Below are positions 35,434 to 44,864 of a DNA stretch of 64,000 nucleotides, in pieces. Every line of letters starts with the position of its first letter. Positions within the stretch are counted from its first letter, which is position 1. The stretch covers positions 5,399 to 69,398 of the forward strand of contig JAFQME010000015.1 in the NCBI GenBank assembly GCA_017421025.1, written 5' to 3'. The notes below the pieces were generated by a model. That model was not told the origin of the DNA. It saw only the letters and a program-made list of their open reading frames with translations, and ran no database searches. This stretch comes from Oscillospiraceae bacterium. GTDB taxonomy: Bacteria; Bacillota; Clostridia; Oscillospirales; JAAYXM01. The position numbers were made by a program, and so were the translations under genes.

Positions 35434-35697
35434 ATGGTGAAAGGCGTATCCAAACAGGTTGTGGTAGTGAAGCCGCCGCAGGCAGGGTTGTTTGAAGAGG
35501 CGATTTTCATTCTCAAAGAAGATGCGGCACGTCGGGTGGACGCAGAGGAATTGCTCAAAGAAGCGTGTGAGGTGGCAAACCGCTATGTATCGCAAAACTG
35601 CGAGCGGAAACTGCGCCCGCTCCCACCTCCGTTTTTCGCTGCGGCAGGAGCGCTTCTCACGGGCGCAGCCTGGCTGATTACCGCAATCTTACGATAA
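35434..35697 (+). CDS. small conserved-looking hypothetical protein with C-terminal TM anchor
   Basis: MVKGVSKQVVVVKPPQAGLFEEAIFILKED... ends in FFAAAGALLTGAAWLITAIL. ATG follows AAGGAGGG. Confidence 0.6.
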   Translation: MVKGVSKQVVVVKPPQAGLFEEAIFILKEDAARRVDAEELLKEACEVANRYVSQNCERKLRPLPPPFFAAAGALLTGAAWLITAILR

Positions 35698-35769
35698 AAA
35701 AGCACCGAGACAAAAATGTTGAGAGCGACAAGGGGTTGCCCTGTCGCTCGCATTTTGTTTCGGTGCTTT
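35698..35769. terminator. bidirectional nested hairpin terminator
   Basis: Outer stem aaagcaccgagacaaaaatg / cattttgtttcggtgcttt, inner stem gagcgacaagggg / ccctgtcgctc. Confidence 0.75.
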
Positions 35770-36925
35770 ATTCATTTGTTTGGAAAAGGAGCGGGTCATA
35801 TCCCCCGTCCTGGGATTCGAAGTAGTATCCGATTCCGTAGTCTGCCGTCTCAGCTTTCATTGCGAATGCCTCATTGGAGGTCCGCTCGGAAAGAGAGATG
35901 AGCGCAACGAAACGATACGGCAGCGTTCCCTCGCCCAGGAGAGCGGAAAACTCGGTGATGGGCGTGTGATCAATCCCGCCCGACTCGCCGCTTGAGAGCG
36001 GCAGGTAAATGCGATAAAACGAGTTGGCAAACGACTGCATGGACTGCCCCTCCGCCGCATCAAAGCGGACCGAGAGGGAGAGTTCGGCACGATCGGCTGC
36101 AAAACTGCCAAGTTGGAACAAGAATTGGTCGATTCGGGTCTGTTTTTCCGCTTCCGTATCCTTGCCCTCGTCGTAGAGGATCAAGTTGGTATCCGTCCCA
36201 ATCGGGAAGGAGAGGTTTTGAAGCAGAATCTCATGGAAGCCCAAATCATACAGTTCCGAGAGCAGGGAAAGCAAATACACCTGCACATCCTCGCTGTATG
36301 GATCCAGCCAAGCGTATCGCATGGAATCGCCCCAAAGTGCACCGTCTTGGTTCTTCAGACCAAATTCCTCGTGTGATTTCGATAATGCATTGTCACGGAA
36401 GCAGGAGAAGGATGCGACTACCGCATATCCCGCCTCGTTTAGCTTGGTTTTGAGGGCAAGCAGCGGCTCGTTTGATTCCGCACTCGCTCCTTCGGAGAGC
36501 GGATTTTGCGAGGCGAATGCGAGGGCACCGCTTGGCGACTTCACTTCAATCACAACCGTGTTGACTTCTTGTCCCCCGATGGAAGCAAGAAAAGCATCCA
36601 CAGCGGCAGGGTCAAACATCAAGTGATACGGCAGGAACACTGCACGTTCAATGCGCTCCTGATAGGTGGTTCCCTCCACCGGACGCACCGGCTCTTCTGT
36701 ATCTGCGGGTTTTGCTTCCACCTGCGACGGGTCATTGAACGGGGCATTCTCCAACAGAATGAACTGATCGGTAAACGGAATGCGAAGCACTTTGAGGTTT
36801 GCATCGTTGATCGAGATATTTGGGAGAATGATTGCAAGGAGAATTCCTGCCAAAACGCACAAAACAGCAAGCGTGATGCTGATACGGCGTACGATATGGT
36901 TTCCGGAACGATATCCACGGCTCAT
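35768..36925 (-). CDS. putative glycoside hydrolase-like membrane-anchored protein (DUF4015-like)
   Basis: An N-terminal TM anchor is followed by VNTVVIEVKSPSG ... YAWLDPYSEDVQVYLLSLLSELYDLGFHEILLQNLSFP, which is the pattern of this family. ATG 36925 lies 8 nt after GAAGGAGGG. Confidence 0.6.
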   Translation of the reverse strand: MSRGYRSGNHIVRRISITLAVLCVLAGILLAIILPNISINDANLKVLRIPFTDQFILLENAPFNDPSQVEAKPADTEEPVRPVEGTTYQERIERAVFLPYHLMFDPAAVDAFLASIGGQEVNTVVIEVKSPSGALAFASQNPLSEGASAESNEPLLALKTKLNEAGYAVVASFSCFRDNALSKSHEEFGLKNQDGALWGDSMRYAWLDPYSEDVQVYLLSLLSELYDLGFHEILLQNLSFPIGTDTNLILYDEGKDTEAEKQTRIDQFLFQLGSFAADRAELSLSVRFDAAEGQSMQSFANSFYRIYLPLSSGESGGIDHTPITEFSALLGEGTLPYRFVALISLSERTSNEAFAMKAETADYGIGYYFESQDGGYDPLLFQTNE

Positions 36926-36980
36926 TTCATACACCCTCCTTCATCAATGCTTGCTGTTAGGATTTCCCAACGGGAAACAA

Positions 36981-37841
36981 TTATTCTTGTGCTGCTTTCT
37001 TCTGTTCACGCTCACGGAGAAGTTCTGCGTCTTCGTTTTCGTTGAGCAGATCCGCATCCGAAATCAAATGACGCGGGCACTTCTTCACGCACTCGCCACA
37101 GCTGGTGCACTTGTCATGGTCGATGCTTGCGAGGTTATCCACCACATGGATCGCATCATACTGACAAGCCTTTTCGCAAAGCTTACAGCCGATACAACCG
37201 ATTTCGCAAATCTTTCTGAGTTCTGCACCACGCTCATGGCTGGAGCAGAGGACGTTGACGTCTGCGGTATACGGGACCGAAATAATGATATTGCGGGGGC
37301 AAGCCTCCAAGCAGCGCAGGCAGCCGGTACACTTTTCGTGATCGACTTTTGCAACCCCGTCTTCCACATGAATCGCATCAAACAGACAGGCACTCACGCA
37401 AGAGCCGAAGCCCAAGCAACCGTACTGGCAGGAGAGCGGGCTGCCTGCCAAAGCATTTGCGGAGACACAGTCGTGCGCACCCGCATACTCATATTTCTTC
37501 TTTGCGTGGTTTCCGCCGTTGCAGCGGACCAGTGCGGTGATACGGGTGTTCTTTCCCGGCTTGACGCCCAAAATCTCAGCGATTTTTGCGGTAAGCTGTT
37601 CGCCGCCGACCGGGCAAGCACCCGGCTTTGCAGTGCCTTCAACCAGTTTTTCCGCATAAGCGGAGCAACCCGAGTATCCGCAACCGCCGCAGTTTGCACC
37701 CGGCAGGTTTTCCAAGATCTCATCATAACGCTCGTCTTTTTCCACTGCAAAGACCTTACTTGCAACCGCAAGCACAGCCCCGAAGAAGACACCCAAAAGA
37801 CCGAGGATCAAAACGGCATATAAAATATTCATCCAATTCAT
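36981..37841 (-). CDS. rnfB: Rnf complex subunit B
   Basis: N-terminal TM helix, then CGGCGYSGC and several CxxCxxCxxxCP ferredoxin motifs. Confidence 0.92.
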   Translation of the reverse strand: MNWMNILYAVLILGLLGVFFGAVLAVASKVFAVEKDERYDEILENLPGANCGGCGYSGCSAYAEKLVEGTAKPGACPVGGEQLTAKIAEILGVKPGKNTRITALVRCNGGNHAKKKYEYAGAHDCVSANALAGSPLSCQYGCLGFGSCVSACLFDAIHVEDGVAKVDHEKCTGCLRCLEACPRNIIISVPYTADVNVLCSSHERGAELRKICEIGCIGCKLCEKACQYDAIHVVDNLASIDHDKCTSCGECVKKCPRHLISDADLLNENEDAELLREREQKKAAQE

Positions 37842-37858
37842 ACAAGGATCCTCCTATC

Positions 37859-38449
37859 TTAAAAAATCTTCATGCCCTGGAAGCCCATGAATGCCATAGC
37901 CAGCAGGGAAGCGGAAACGAGTGCAATCGGGAAGCCTTCAAAGCACTTGGGATAATCTGCAAACTCCAAACGCTCACGGATGGAAGCAAACAGCACGATC
38001 GCCAAAGTGAAGCCGACCGCAGCAGATGCACCGTATACCAAAGATGCGATGAAGGAATCCGCATAATTCTGTGCGTTTAAGAGTGCAACACCCAAAACCG
38101 CACAGTTGGTGGTAATGAGCGGCAGGTAAATGCCGAGGGATTTGTGCAGAGCAGGCAGTGCCTTCTGCATAAAGAGTTCCACGAACTGAACGAGCGCCGC
38201 AATCACCAAAATGAATGCAACCGTCTGCATATACTCGAGTTTGAACGGACGGAGCAGGAACTTATCCACTGCAAAGGTAAAGGCAGATGCGACTGTCATA
38301 ACAAAGATAACTGCAACGCCCATGCCGGCAGCGGTTTCGGTTTTCTTGGAAACACCGAGGAACGGGCAGATGCCGAGGAACTTCACCAAAACAAAGTTCT
38401 CAATCAGAATCGCACTGAGAGCGAGACCGAAAATTTCTGTAAAACTCAT
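37859..38449 (-). CDS. rnfA: Rnf complex subunit A
   Basis: Polytopic protein starting MSFTEIFGLALSAILIENFVL, typical of RnfA/NqrE. ATGA overlap with rnfE. Confidence 0.92.
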   Translation of the reverse strand: MSFTEIFGLALSAILIENFVLVKFLGICPFLGVSKKTETAAGMGVAVIFVMTVASAFTFAVDKFLLRPFKLEYMQTVAFILVIAALVQFVELFMQKALPALHKSLGIYLPLITTNCAVLGVALLNAQNYADSFIASLVYGASAAVGFTLAIVLFASIRERLEFADYPKCFEGFPIALVSASLLAMAFMGFQGMKIF

Positions 38450-39108
38450 TGCTCTGCCTCCTTCTGTGTTTTTTTGCTCTGAATGTGGTTTTTAAGCTTG
38501 GTATATGGGGAGAATCCGTCAGCACGGAGTTTCTGGATGGCAGCAATGACAAGACCCAAAGTGAGGAAGCCGCCAACCGGAAGAACCATCAGAGTTGCAG
38601 CCGGGAAGTTCTCGCCGAAGAGGGGGAAATCAAGGAAGGTGCCGTTGCCCAGCACTTCACGGATGGTGGACATGATAAAGAGTGCACCGGTGAAACCAAG
38701 CCCCATGCCCAAACCGTCCATTGCAGAAGCGAACACTCCGTTTTTGGAAGCAAATGCTTCTGCACGGGCGAGAATGATGCAGTTTACCGTGATGAGCGGG
38801 ATGAAAAGACCGAGAGAAGCGTATAAGCTGGGCAGGAATGCGTGGATAATCATTTCAACCGCAGTAACAAACCCTGCGATAACCACAATATATGCCGCAA
38901 TACGAATCTGATTCGGAATCAGTTTGCGCAGAATGGAAATTACAATGTTGGAACAAATCAAAACCGCAGTTGCGGAAAGCCCCATGCCCACACCGTTTGC
39001 AACCGAAGTCGAGGTTGCAAGCAGCGGACACATTCCCAAAAGCAGGACGAACGACGGGTTATGCGTAAGCAGTCCGTCGAAAAACGGCTGAAAGAGTTTT
39101 TTAAGCAT
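38446..39108 (-). CDS. rnfE: Rnf complex subunit E
   Basis: HNPSFVLLLGMCPLLATS motif of RnfE/NqrD. Confidence 0.92.
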   Translation of the reverse strand: MLKKLFQPFFDGLLTHNPSFVLLLGMCPLLATSTSVANGVGMGLSATAVLICSNIVISILRKLIPNQIRIAAYIVVIAGFVTAVEMIIHAFLPSLYASLGLFIPLITVNCIILARAEAFASKNGVFASAMDGLGMGLGFTGALFIMSTIREVLGNGTFLDFPLFGENFPAATLMVLPVGGFLTLGLVIAAIQKLRADGFSPYTKLKNHIQSKKTQKEAEQ

Positions 39109-39694
39109 TTCCGTTTCCTCCTTTCAGGACTTGTGCAACCTGGAGTGCTGTGTTGACACCGCTTGTGACCGCCTTGGAAGAAACGGTCGCACCGGTGATT
39201 GCGGAGATTTCATTTTCACCGATGGTGGTTTTGGTGGATGCGGTGATTTCGGATGCGTGACCGCTGTACTGCGAGAGGAAGCCCTCATCGTTGGTCTTGG
39301 TACCAATGCCCGAGGTTTCGGACATGTTGACGATTGCAACCTTGGTGACCGCACCGTTCGGGTCAATGCCAACGATCATGGAAATCGGACCGCCAAAGCC
39401 GTTCGGCGCAACTTCAATGCAGTGACCGAGGACGTTCTCCCCGTTCTTTGCAACATAAGCGCCGGTCACGGTCTTATCTTCCGCAAAAGCGGAGATATCA
39501 ACGGGTTCATAAGTTTCTGCAACCAAAACCGCATTGAGTGCGTCTTTGACCTTCTGCTCATTCTGTGCGGCAATGGTGTCTTTTGTTACTTCATTGATGA
39601 GTGCGAGCAGTCCGCCGGTAATGATTGCGATAGCAGCGAGGATGATGACCAGCTTTGCAAGCGGCCAAACCGAAGTTTTCTTGGTGTTTTCCAT
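39101..39694 (-). CDS. rnfG: Rnf complex subunit G (FMN-binding)
   Basis: The start at MENTKK follows AAGGAGG. FMN attachment context SAITGATVSSKAV. Confidence 0.88.
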   Translation of the reverse strand: MENTKKTSVWPLAKLVIILAAIAIITGGLLALINEVTKDTIAAQNEQKVKDALNAVLVAETYEPVDISAFAEDKTVTGAYVAKNGENVLGHCIEVAPNGFGGPISMIVGIDPNGAVTKVAIVNMSETSGIGTKTNDEGFLSQYSGHASEITASTKTTIGENEISAITGATVSSKAVTSGVNTALQVAQVLKGGNGNA

Positions 39695-39695
39695 C

Positions 39696-40730
39696 TTACT
39701 TCGCCTCCTTCGCTTTTTTTGCAAAACGCTTCACACCGAAGCGGCGCGGACGGAAGCTCTTGTCGAGCAACCAAACCATGGTGTTCATAATCAGGATGGA
39801 GTAGCTGACGCCTTCTGCATAAGAGCCGAAGTAACGGATGAGCACAGTGATCGCACCGCAGCCGATACCGAAGACGATTTTACCCATCGGAGTGACCGGG
39901 GAGGTGGCGTAGTCGGTCGCCATAAAGACCGCACCGAGCATCAAACCGCCCGAGAACAGGTTGTATGCCATCCAGGTCAGATTGTCAATCCCGTGCATCG
40001 GGAAGAGGAAGGTGAGGACCGCAACAGTTCCCAGATAAGCAACCGGGACGTGCGGACGGATCACCTTACGGACGATGAGATAAATGGCTGCCGCAAGAAT
40101 GACCACAGCGGAAACTTCACCGATACAGCCGGCGCAGTTTCCGATGAATGCATCACGCAGAGTGACCGAGAATTCGCCGGCTGCAGGAAGAATCCCTGCC
40201 TTCATCTTGGCAAGCGGAGTTGCGGTGACAATGACATCCGGAGAGGGAACCACATTCCCAAACAGCGGAAGTGCCTTTGCGGCAAGGGGTTTGACCCAAA
40301 CCGTGATGAGAGCGGGCCAGGAAATCAGGAACGCTCTTGCAGCGAGGGCGGGGTTCATGAAGTTCTTGCCCAGACCGCCGTAAAGCTGCTTGACAATCAC
40401 GATTGCAAAGAACGCGCCGATGACAAGAATCCACATCGGAGTGGTGACCGGAAGGTTGAATGCCAAAAGCATACCCGTGACCACAGCGGAAAGATCCCCG
40501 ATGGTGGAGGATTTCTTGGTGAAACGGCGATACAGCCATTCAAATGCGATACAGGAGCACACACTCACCAAAGTCATGGTAAGTGCACGCCAGCCGAAGA
40601 AGTAGACCGCCATAACCAGCGGGAAACACAGAGCGATGATGACATCCAACATAATCGAGCGTGTTCCGTCCTCGGTTTTGAGATGCGGAGAGGGAGCGAC
40701 TCTGAGTTGTTTTTGAAGTTCCATGCTCAT
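39696..40730 (-). CDS. rnfD: Rnf complex subunit D
   Basis: Polytopic NqrB/RnfD pattern (SPHLKTEDGT..., GGLGKNFMNPALAARAF, MATDYATSP). An alternative start is ATG 40724. Confidence 0.9.
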   Translation of the reverse strand: MSMELQKQLRVAPSPHLKTEDGTRSIMLDVIIALCFPLVMAVYFFGWRALTMTLVSVCSCIAFEWLYRRFTKKSSTIGDLSAVVTGMLLAFNLPVTTPMWILVIGAFFAIVIVKQLYGGLGKNFMNPALAARAFLISWPALITVWVKPLAAKALPLFGNVVPSPDVIVTATPLAKMKAGILPAAGEFSVTLRDAFIGNCAGCIGEVSAVVILAAAIYLIVRKVIRPHVPVAYLGTVAVLTFLFPMHGIDNLTWMAYNLFSGGLMLGAVFMATDYATSPVTPMGKIVFGIGCGAITVLIRYFGSYAEGVSYSILIMNTMVWLLDKSFRPRRFGVKRFAKKAKEAK

Positions 40731-42046
40731 TCTCCTTTCTTTTTCTTGCGTGCAATGAGTTCACGCTTTGCGGTTTTGAATGTTTGGGTCAGATGCAATC
40801 TGCCCGGGCAACCGTAAGAGCAAGCACCACATTCGATGCAGTCGGTGAGGTTGAGTTGATCCAAATCCTCGTAACGGTTTGCCTTTGCGTAGGAATACAG
40901 GTAATTCGGGAGCAGATTCATCGGGCAAGCCGCCACGCATTTGCCGCAGCGGATACAAATCTGTTCCTCGTCGAATTTGTTTTCATCTTTGCACAGCGCC
41001 AGGACTGCATTGGTACCCTTGATGACCGGGACGTCAATGCTGTGCTGCGCCATACCCATCATCGGACCGCCGGCAAGGATCGTGTGCGGCTCTTCCAACA
41101 TTCCGCCTGCTGCATCCAAAAGGGCAGAGAACGGAGTACCGATGCGGACAAGCAGGTTTTTCGGGTTTGCAACCGCAGAACCGGAAACCGTGACCACCTT
41201 GTGGAGCAGGGGTTTTCCGGTCTCTACGTAATCCGCAATCGCAACCGCAGTTGCAATGTTGATGTTGACCACGCCGACCGCACTCGGGAGTTCTCCCGGA
41301 GGTACTTCACGACCGGTGACCGCATAGATGAGATGCTTTTCCGAGCCTTGCGGGTACTTGGTACGCAAAACATCCAGCTTGAGATTCGGATACAACTGCA
41401 TGAGCTTTTTCAGATGCTCGATTGCATCACGCTTGTTGGACTCGATTGCAATGTGCGCAACCTCCAGCCCCAATGCCTTGCGGACGATTTCCACACCGGC
41501 AAGCAGCTTTTCGCCACGCTCCAGCATCAAACGGTAGTCGGAGGTGATATACGGCTCACACTCAGCACCGTTGATGATTAAGGTATCCACCTTACCGATG
41601 GCGGATTTGATCTTGATATGTACCGGGAATGCGGCACCGCCGAGACCTACCAAACCTGCCTTAAGACACAAATCACCGAGTTCTTCACCCGAGATGGTGT
41701 GCAGATTGTCGGTCGGGGTAAGTTCCACCCAGCTTTCCTGGAAGTCATTCTCAATCACAATGGACATGACATTGGTTCCGTTCGGATGGGGACGGGGCTC
41801 AATCGCCTTGACTGTACCCGAAACCGTCGCATGGATCGGAGCACAAACCGCAGCCTGCGCCTCTGCCACCACTTGACCGATTTTAACTGCGTCGCCCACC
41901 GCAACCACCGGGACAGCCGGTGCGCCGATGTGCATCGAAACGGGAAGGACTACCTCACTCGGTGCAGGCAGAACTTCGATCGCTTTGTCCCGAGTGAATT
42001 TTTTCATATCATCGGGATGGACGCCGCCTCTGAAATTTCTTGGCAT
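40727..42046 (-). CDS. rnfC: Rnf complex subunit C
   Basis: Starts MPRNFRGGVHP and has two 4Fe-4S motifs (CIRCGKCVAACP, CIECGACSYGCP). The start follows AGAGGTG. Confidence 0.92.
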   Translation of the reverse strand: MPRNFRGGVHPDDMKKFTRDKAIEVLPAPSEVVLPVSMHIGAPAVPVVAVGDAVKIGQVVAEAQAAVCAPIHATVSGTVKAIEPRPHPNGTNVMSIVIENDFQESWVELTPTDNLHTISGEELGDLCLKAGLVGLGGAAFPVHIKIKSAIGKVDTLIINGAECEPYITSDYRLMLERGEKLLAGVEIVRKALGLEVAHIAIESNKRDAIEHLKKLMQLYPNLKLDVLRTKYPQGSEKHLIYAVTGREVPPGELPSAVGVVNINIATAVAIADYVETGKPLLHKVVTVSGSAVANPKNLLVRIGTPFSALLDAAGGMLEEPHTILAGGPMMGMAQHSIDVPVIKGTNAVLALCKDENKFDEEQICIRCGKCVAACPMNLLPNYLYSYAKANRYEDLDQLNLTDCIECGACSYGCPGRLHLTQTFKTAKRELIARKKKKGE

Positions 42047-42094
42047 ATGCTTCACCTCTTTACAGAATTCATGCAAAAATTCTCACATACTATC

Positions 42095-42124
42095 ATTATA
42101 CTACAACTCCCCTGCATTTCACAA
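42095..42124 (-). promoter_or_regulatory. sigma-A-type promoter of rnfCDGEAB
   Basis: On the minus strand: TTGTGA, an 18-nt spacer, then TATAAT. Confidence 0.5.
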
Positions 42125-42127
42125 GAA

Positions 42128-42145
42128 TAGTTAAAAAGTTAACGA
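42128..42145. promoter_or_regulatory. Rex-like box adjacent to the rnf -35
   Basis: TAGTTAAAAAGTTAACGA compared with TTGTTAAnnnnTTAACAA. 12 of 14 specified positions match. Confidence 0.35.
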
Positions 42146-42152
42146 CAAATTA

Positions 42153-42190
42153 TGAAAAAAAGAGCGGGAATCTCTCGATTCCTGCTCTTT
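42153..42190 (-). terminator. glyQS terminator
   Basis: On the minus strand: agagcaggaatc / gattcccgctct stem followed by a T7 run. Confidence 0.8.
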
Positions 42191-42194
42191 TGGA

Positions 42195-43574
42195 TTAAAA
42201 TGCAATTTTTTCACGGATGTAAGCGGCGAGGTCTGCCATCGGGATACGCTGCTGCTCCATGGTGTCACGGTCACGAACAGTCACGCAGCCGTCTTCTTCG
42301 CTTTCAAAGTCATAAGTGACGCAGAACGGGGTGCCGATTTCGTCCTGACGGCGGTAACGCTTGCCGATGGAGCCTGCGTCGTCAAAGGTGACCATAAACT
42401 CTTTGGAGAGCGGAGCAAACAGCTCCATCGCCTTGTCGGACAGCTTCTTGGAAAGCGGCAGGATTGCGCACTTGTACGGAGCGAGTGCCGGATGCAGGCG
42501 CAAAACGGTACGAACATCGTTCTTTTCCGCATCGACCACTTCTTCGTCGTATGCTTCTACCAGGAATGCAAGTGCCACACGGTCAGCACCGAGCGAGGGC
42601 TCGATGACATACGGGACATACTTTTCGTTGGTTTCTGCATCGAAGTATTCCATGCTCTCGCCCGAATGGGTCTGATGTGCCTTCAGGTCAAAGTCGGTAC
42701 GGTCTGCAATGCCCCAAAGCTCGCCCCAGCCAAACGGGAACATGAATTCAATGTCGGTGGTTGCGTTGGAATAATGGGAAAGCTCTTCCTGCTCGTGATC
42801 ACGCATCTTGATGTTTTCTTCACGGATGCCCAGATCCAAGAGGAACTGCTTGCAGTAGTTCTTCCAGTAGTCGAACCACTCCAGATCGGTGCCCGGCTTG
42901 CAGAAGAACTCAAGCTCCATCTGCTCAAACTCACGGGTACGGAAGGTGAAGTTGCCCGGGGTGATTTCGTTACGGAAGGATTTACCCACCTGACCCACGC
43001 CGAACGGCACCTTCTTACGGGAGGTACGCTGAATGGACTTGAAGTTGACAAAAATACCCTGAGCGGTTTCCGGACGGAGATACAATTCGTTTTTTGCATC
43101 TTCGGTAACACCCTGGAAGGTCTTGAACATCAGGTTGAACTTACGGATAGAGGTGAAGTTTCTCTCGCCACAGTTCGGGCAGCGGATGTCGTTCTCTTCA
43201 ATGTATGCCGCCATCTGATCGAAATCCCAGCCTGCCGGGTTGCCGCCTGCAGCTTCGATGAGCTGGTCAGCACGGTGACGGGTCTTACAGGACTTACAGT
43301 CCATGAGTGGGTCGGAGAAGCCGCCCACGTGACCGGATGCCACCCAAACTTCCGGATTCATCAGAATTGCACTGTCAAGCCCCACGTTAAACGGACATTC
43401 CTGGATGAATTTCTTCCACCAAGCACGCTTGACGTTGTTCTTAAATTCCACACCGAGCGGACCGTAGTCCCAGGTGTTTGCCAAACCGCCGTAAATCTCA
43501 CTGCCGCTGTAAACATAGCCACGGCCTTTGCACAGCGCTACGATTTGGTCCATTGTCTTTTCGGTATTCTTCAT
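42195..43574 (-). CDS. glyQS: glycine--tRNA ligase (dimeric class II GlyQS type)
   Basis: Starts [41 protein letters not shown]. Class II motifs are present and the anticodon-binding C-terminus is typical. Confidence 0.95.
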   Translation of the reverse strand: MKNTEKTMDQIVALCKGRGYVYSGSEIYGGLANTWDYGPLGVEFKNNVKRAWWKKFIQECPFNVGLDSAILMNPEVWVASGHVGGFSDPLMDCKSCKTRHRADQLIEAAGGNPAGWDFDQMAAYIEENDIRCPNCGERNFTSIRKFNLMFKTFQGVTEDAKNELYLRPETAQGIFVNFKSIQRTSRKKVPFGVGQVGKSFRNEITPGNFTFRTREFEQMELEFFCKPGTDLEWFDYWKNYCKQFLLDLGIREENIKMRDHEQEELSHYSNATTDIEFMFPFGWGELWGIADRTDFDLKAHQTHSGESMEYFDAETNEKYVPYVIEPSLGADRVALAFLVEAYDEEVVDAEKNDVRTVLRLHPALAPYKCAILPLSKKLSDKAMELFAPLSKEFMVTFDDAGSIGKRYRRQDEIGTPFCVTYDFESEEDGCVTVRDRDTMEQQRIPMADLAAYIREKIAF

Positions 43575-43627
43575 AAAAAAACCCCATTCCGTTGTTTTTT
43601 GAAATCGATTTTTTTCAATCACCCGAT

Positions 43628-43656
43628 ATTTTATCACAAATCTTTCCGAAGTTCAA
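43628..43656 (-). promoter_or_regulatory. sigma-A-type promoter of glyQS
   Basis: On the minus strand: TTGAAC, a 17-nt spacer, then TGaTAAAAT. This leaves only about 50 nt of leader. Confidence 0.5.
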
Positions 43657-43718
43657 CGATTCTACGGATATTTTTTCTGTGAAAAGCGAAAAAATATAGT
43701 GCAGAGTCAGGGAATGTT

Positions 43719-43727
43719 TGGTATAAT
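43719..43727 (+). promoter_or_regulatory. extended -10 promoter element for the SGNH hydrolase/nadE operon
   Basis: TGgTATAAT. No good -35 is present. Confidence 0.45.
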
Positions 43728-43870
43728 GAATGTAAGATGTCGAAAAGGCAAACGCCTTTTTGGGTCTGCATTCATTGCAACAGAAATCAAAGATTTGCCG
43801 TCGGAATTCATGAATTTCGATTTTTGATTGTCGTGATAAGAGCGATAAGCAATCAACTTGGAGTGATATC

Positions 43871-44863
43871 ATGTTTTTTAAATACGATCATCCGTCGGTA
43901 CGCACCATCGGCAGATGGGGCCGCCATGGCTGGCTGTGTGAAAATTCAATTGCCACAACCGCTTGTGGCGCAAAACTGGAAATTGCATTCACAGGCGAGA
44001 TGATTACTCTGCAGTTTGACACGCTTTACAGCGCCCATCCGTATCCGCATATGTGGATTCGCCTGGACGATGGCGTATGGACTGAGAGTACCGTGGAAAA
44101 ATTCGTGCGTGTACGTGCCAATACCGATGGGGAGCATCTCCTCACCGTCGTCTATAAAAGTGCGCTGGAGCAGCAGCACCGCTGGAATCCGCAGCTTGTG
44201 GGAAAACTCGCCTTGATGGGCTATGAGGCGGATGGTGCAGGCACTTTGCCTCCCGCCCCGACCCGTTATCTTGAATTCGTGGGAGATTCCATCACCGAAG
44301 GGGTCGAGGTGGATTACGATGCCTGCGTGGTCCATGACTACGATGTCTGGCAGTATAACCGACCGACCCAGGACGATGCGATGGGGACTTATGCCTACCT
44401 CACCGCACAGGCGCTGGGCTACGAGCCGCTCATCATGGGTTACGGTGCCTGCGGTGTCACCCGAATGGGCTGCGGCGGTGTGCCAAAGGCAGCGGACGCC
44501 TATCCGTTTAGTTTTGCGGGTGTTCCGATTGACTACCCCGCACCCGAGATCATTGTGATCAACCACGGTGCAAACGACCGCATTTTAACCGTAGACGTCT
44601 ACCTCAAAGAATACCGCCGACTCCTCGACGTCATTCGGGAAATTCATCCGAAAGCGAACGTCATCTCGCTTTCCGCATTTTGCGGCGTGTGGCCAAGCGA
44701 ACTGAAAGAAATGATTCAGGACTATAATCGGGAACACGGTTGTGAGGTCGGATTTATCGACAGCACCGGCTGGATTCCTGCAGAACCGCTCCATCCGGAC
44801 CGAAACGGGCATCGGATTGTTGCGGAGCATTTGATCGAAGAACTGAAGAAAATGGGGTGTTAG
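43871..44863 (+). CDS. SGNH/GDSL hydrolase with N-terminal beta-sandwich (CE2-like esterase architecture)
   Basis: Block I is FVGDSITEG, block III is NHGANDR, and block V is LHPDRNGH. About 130 aa of N-terminal domain precede the catalytic part. Confidence 0.75.
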   Translation: MFFKYDHPSVRTIGRWGRHGWLCENSIATTACGAKLEIAFTGEMITLQFDTLYSAHPYPHMWIRLDDGVWTESTVEKFVRVRANTDGEHLLTVVYKSALEQQHRWNPQLVGKLALMGYEADGAGTLPPAPTRYLEFVGDSITEGVEVDYDACVVHDYDVWQYNRPTQDDAMGTYAYLTAQALGYEPLIMGYGACGVTRMGCGGVPKAADAYPFSFAGVPIDYPAPEIIVINHGANDRILTVDVYLKEYRRLLDVIREIHPKANVISLSAFCGVWPSELKEMIQDYNREHGCEVGFIDSTGWIPAEPLHPDRNGHRIVAEHLIEELKKMGC

Positions 44864-44864
44864 T

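Noticed and set aside
36780-37823. 347-aa plus-strand ORF overlapping rnfB
   Set aside because: It is antisense to rnfB, which has clear ferredoxin CxxCxxCxxxCP motifs. The ORF is Cys/Ala/Thr-rich with no start signals.
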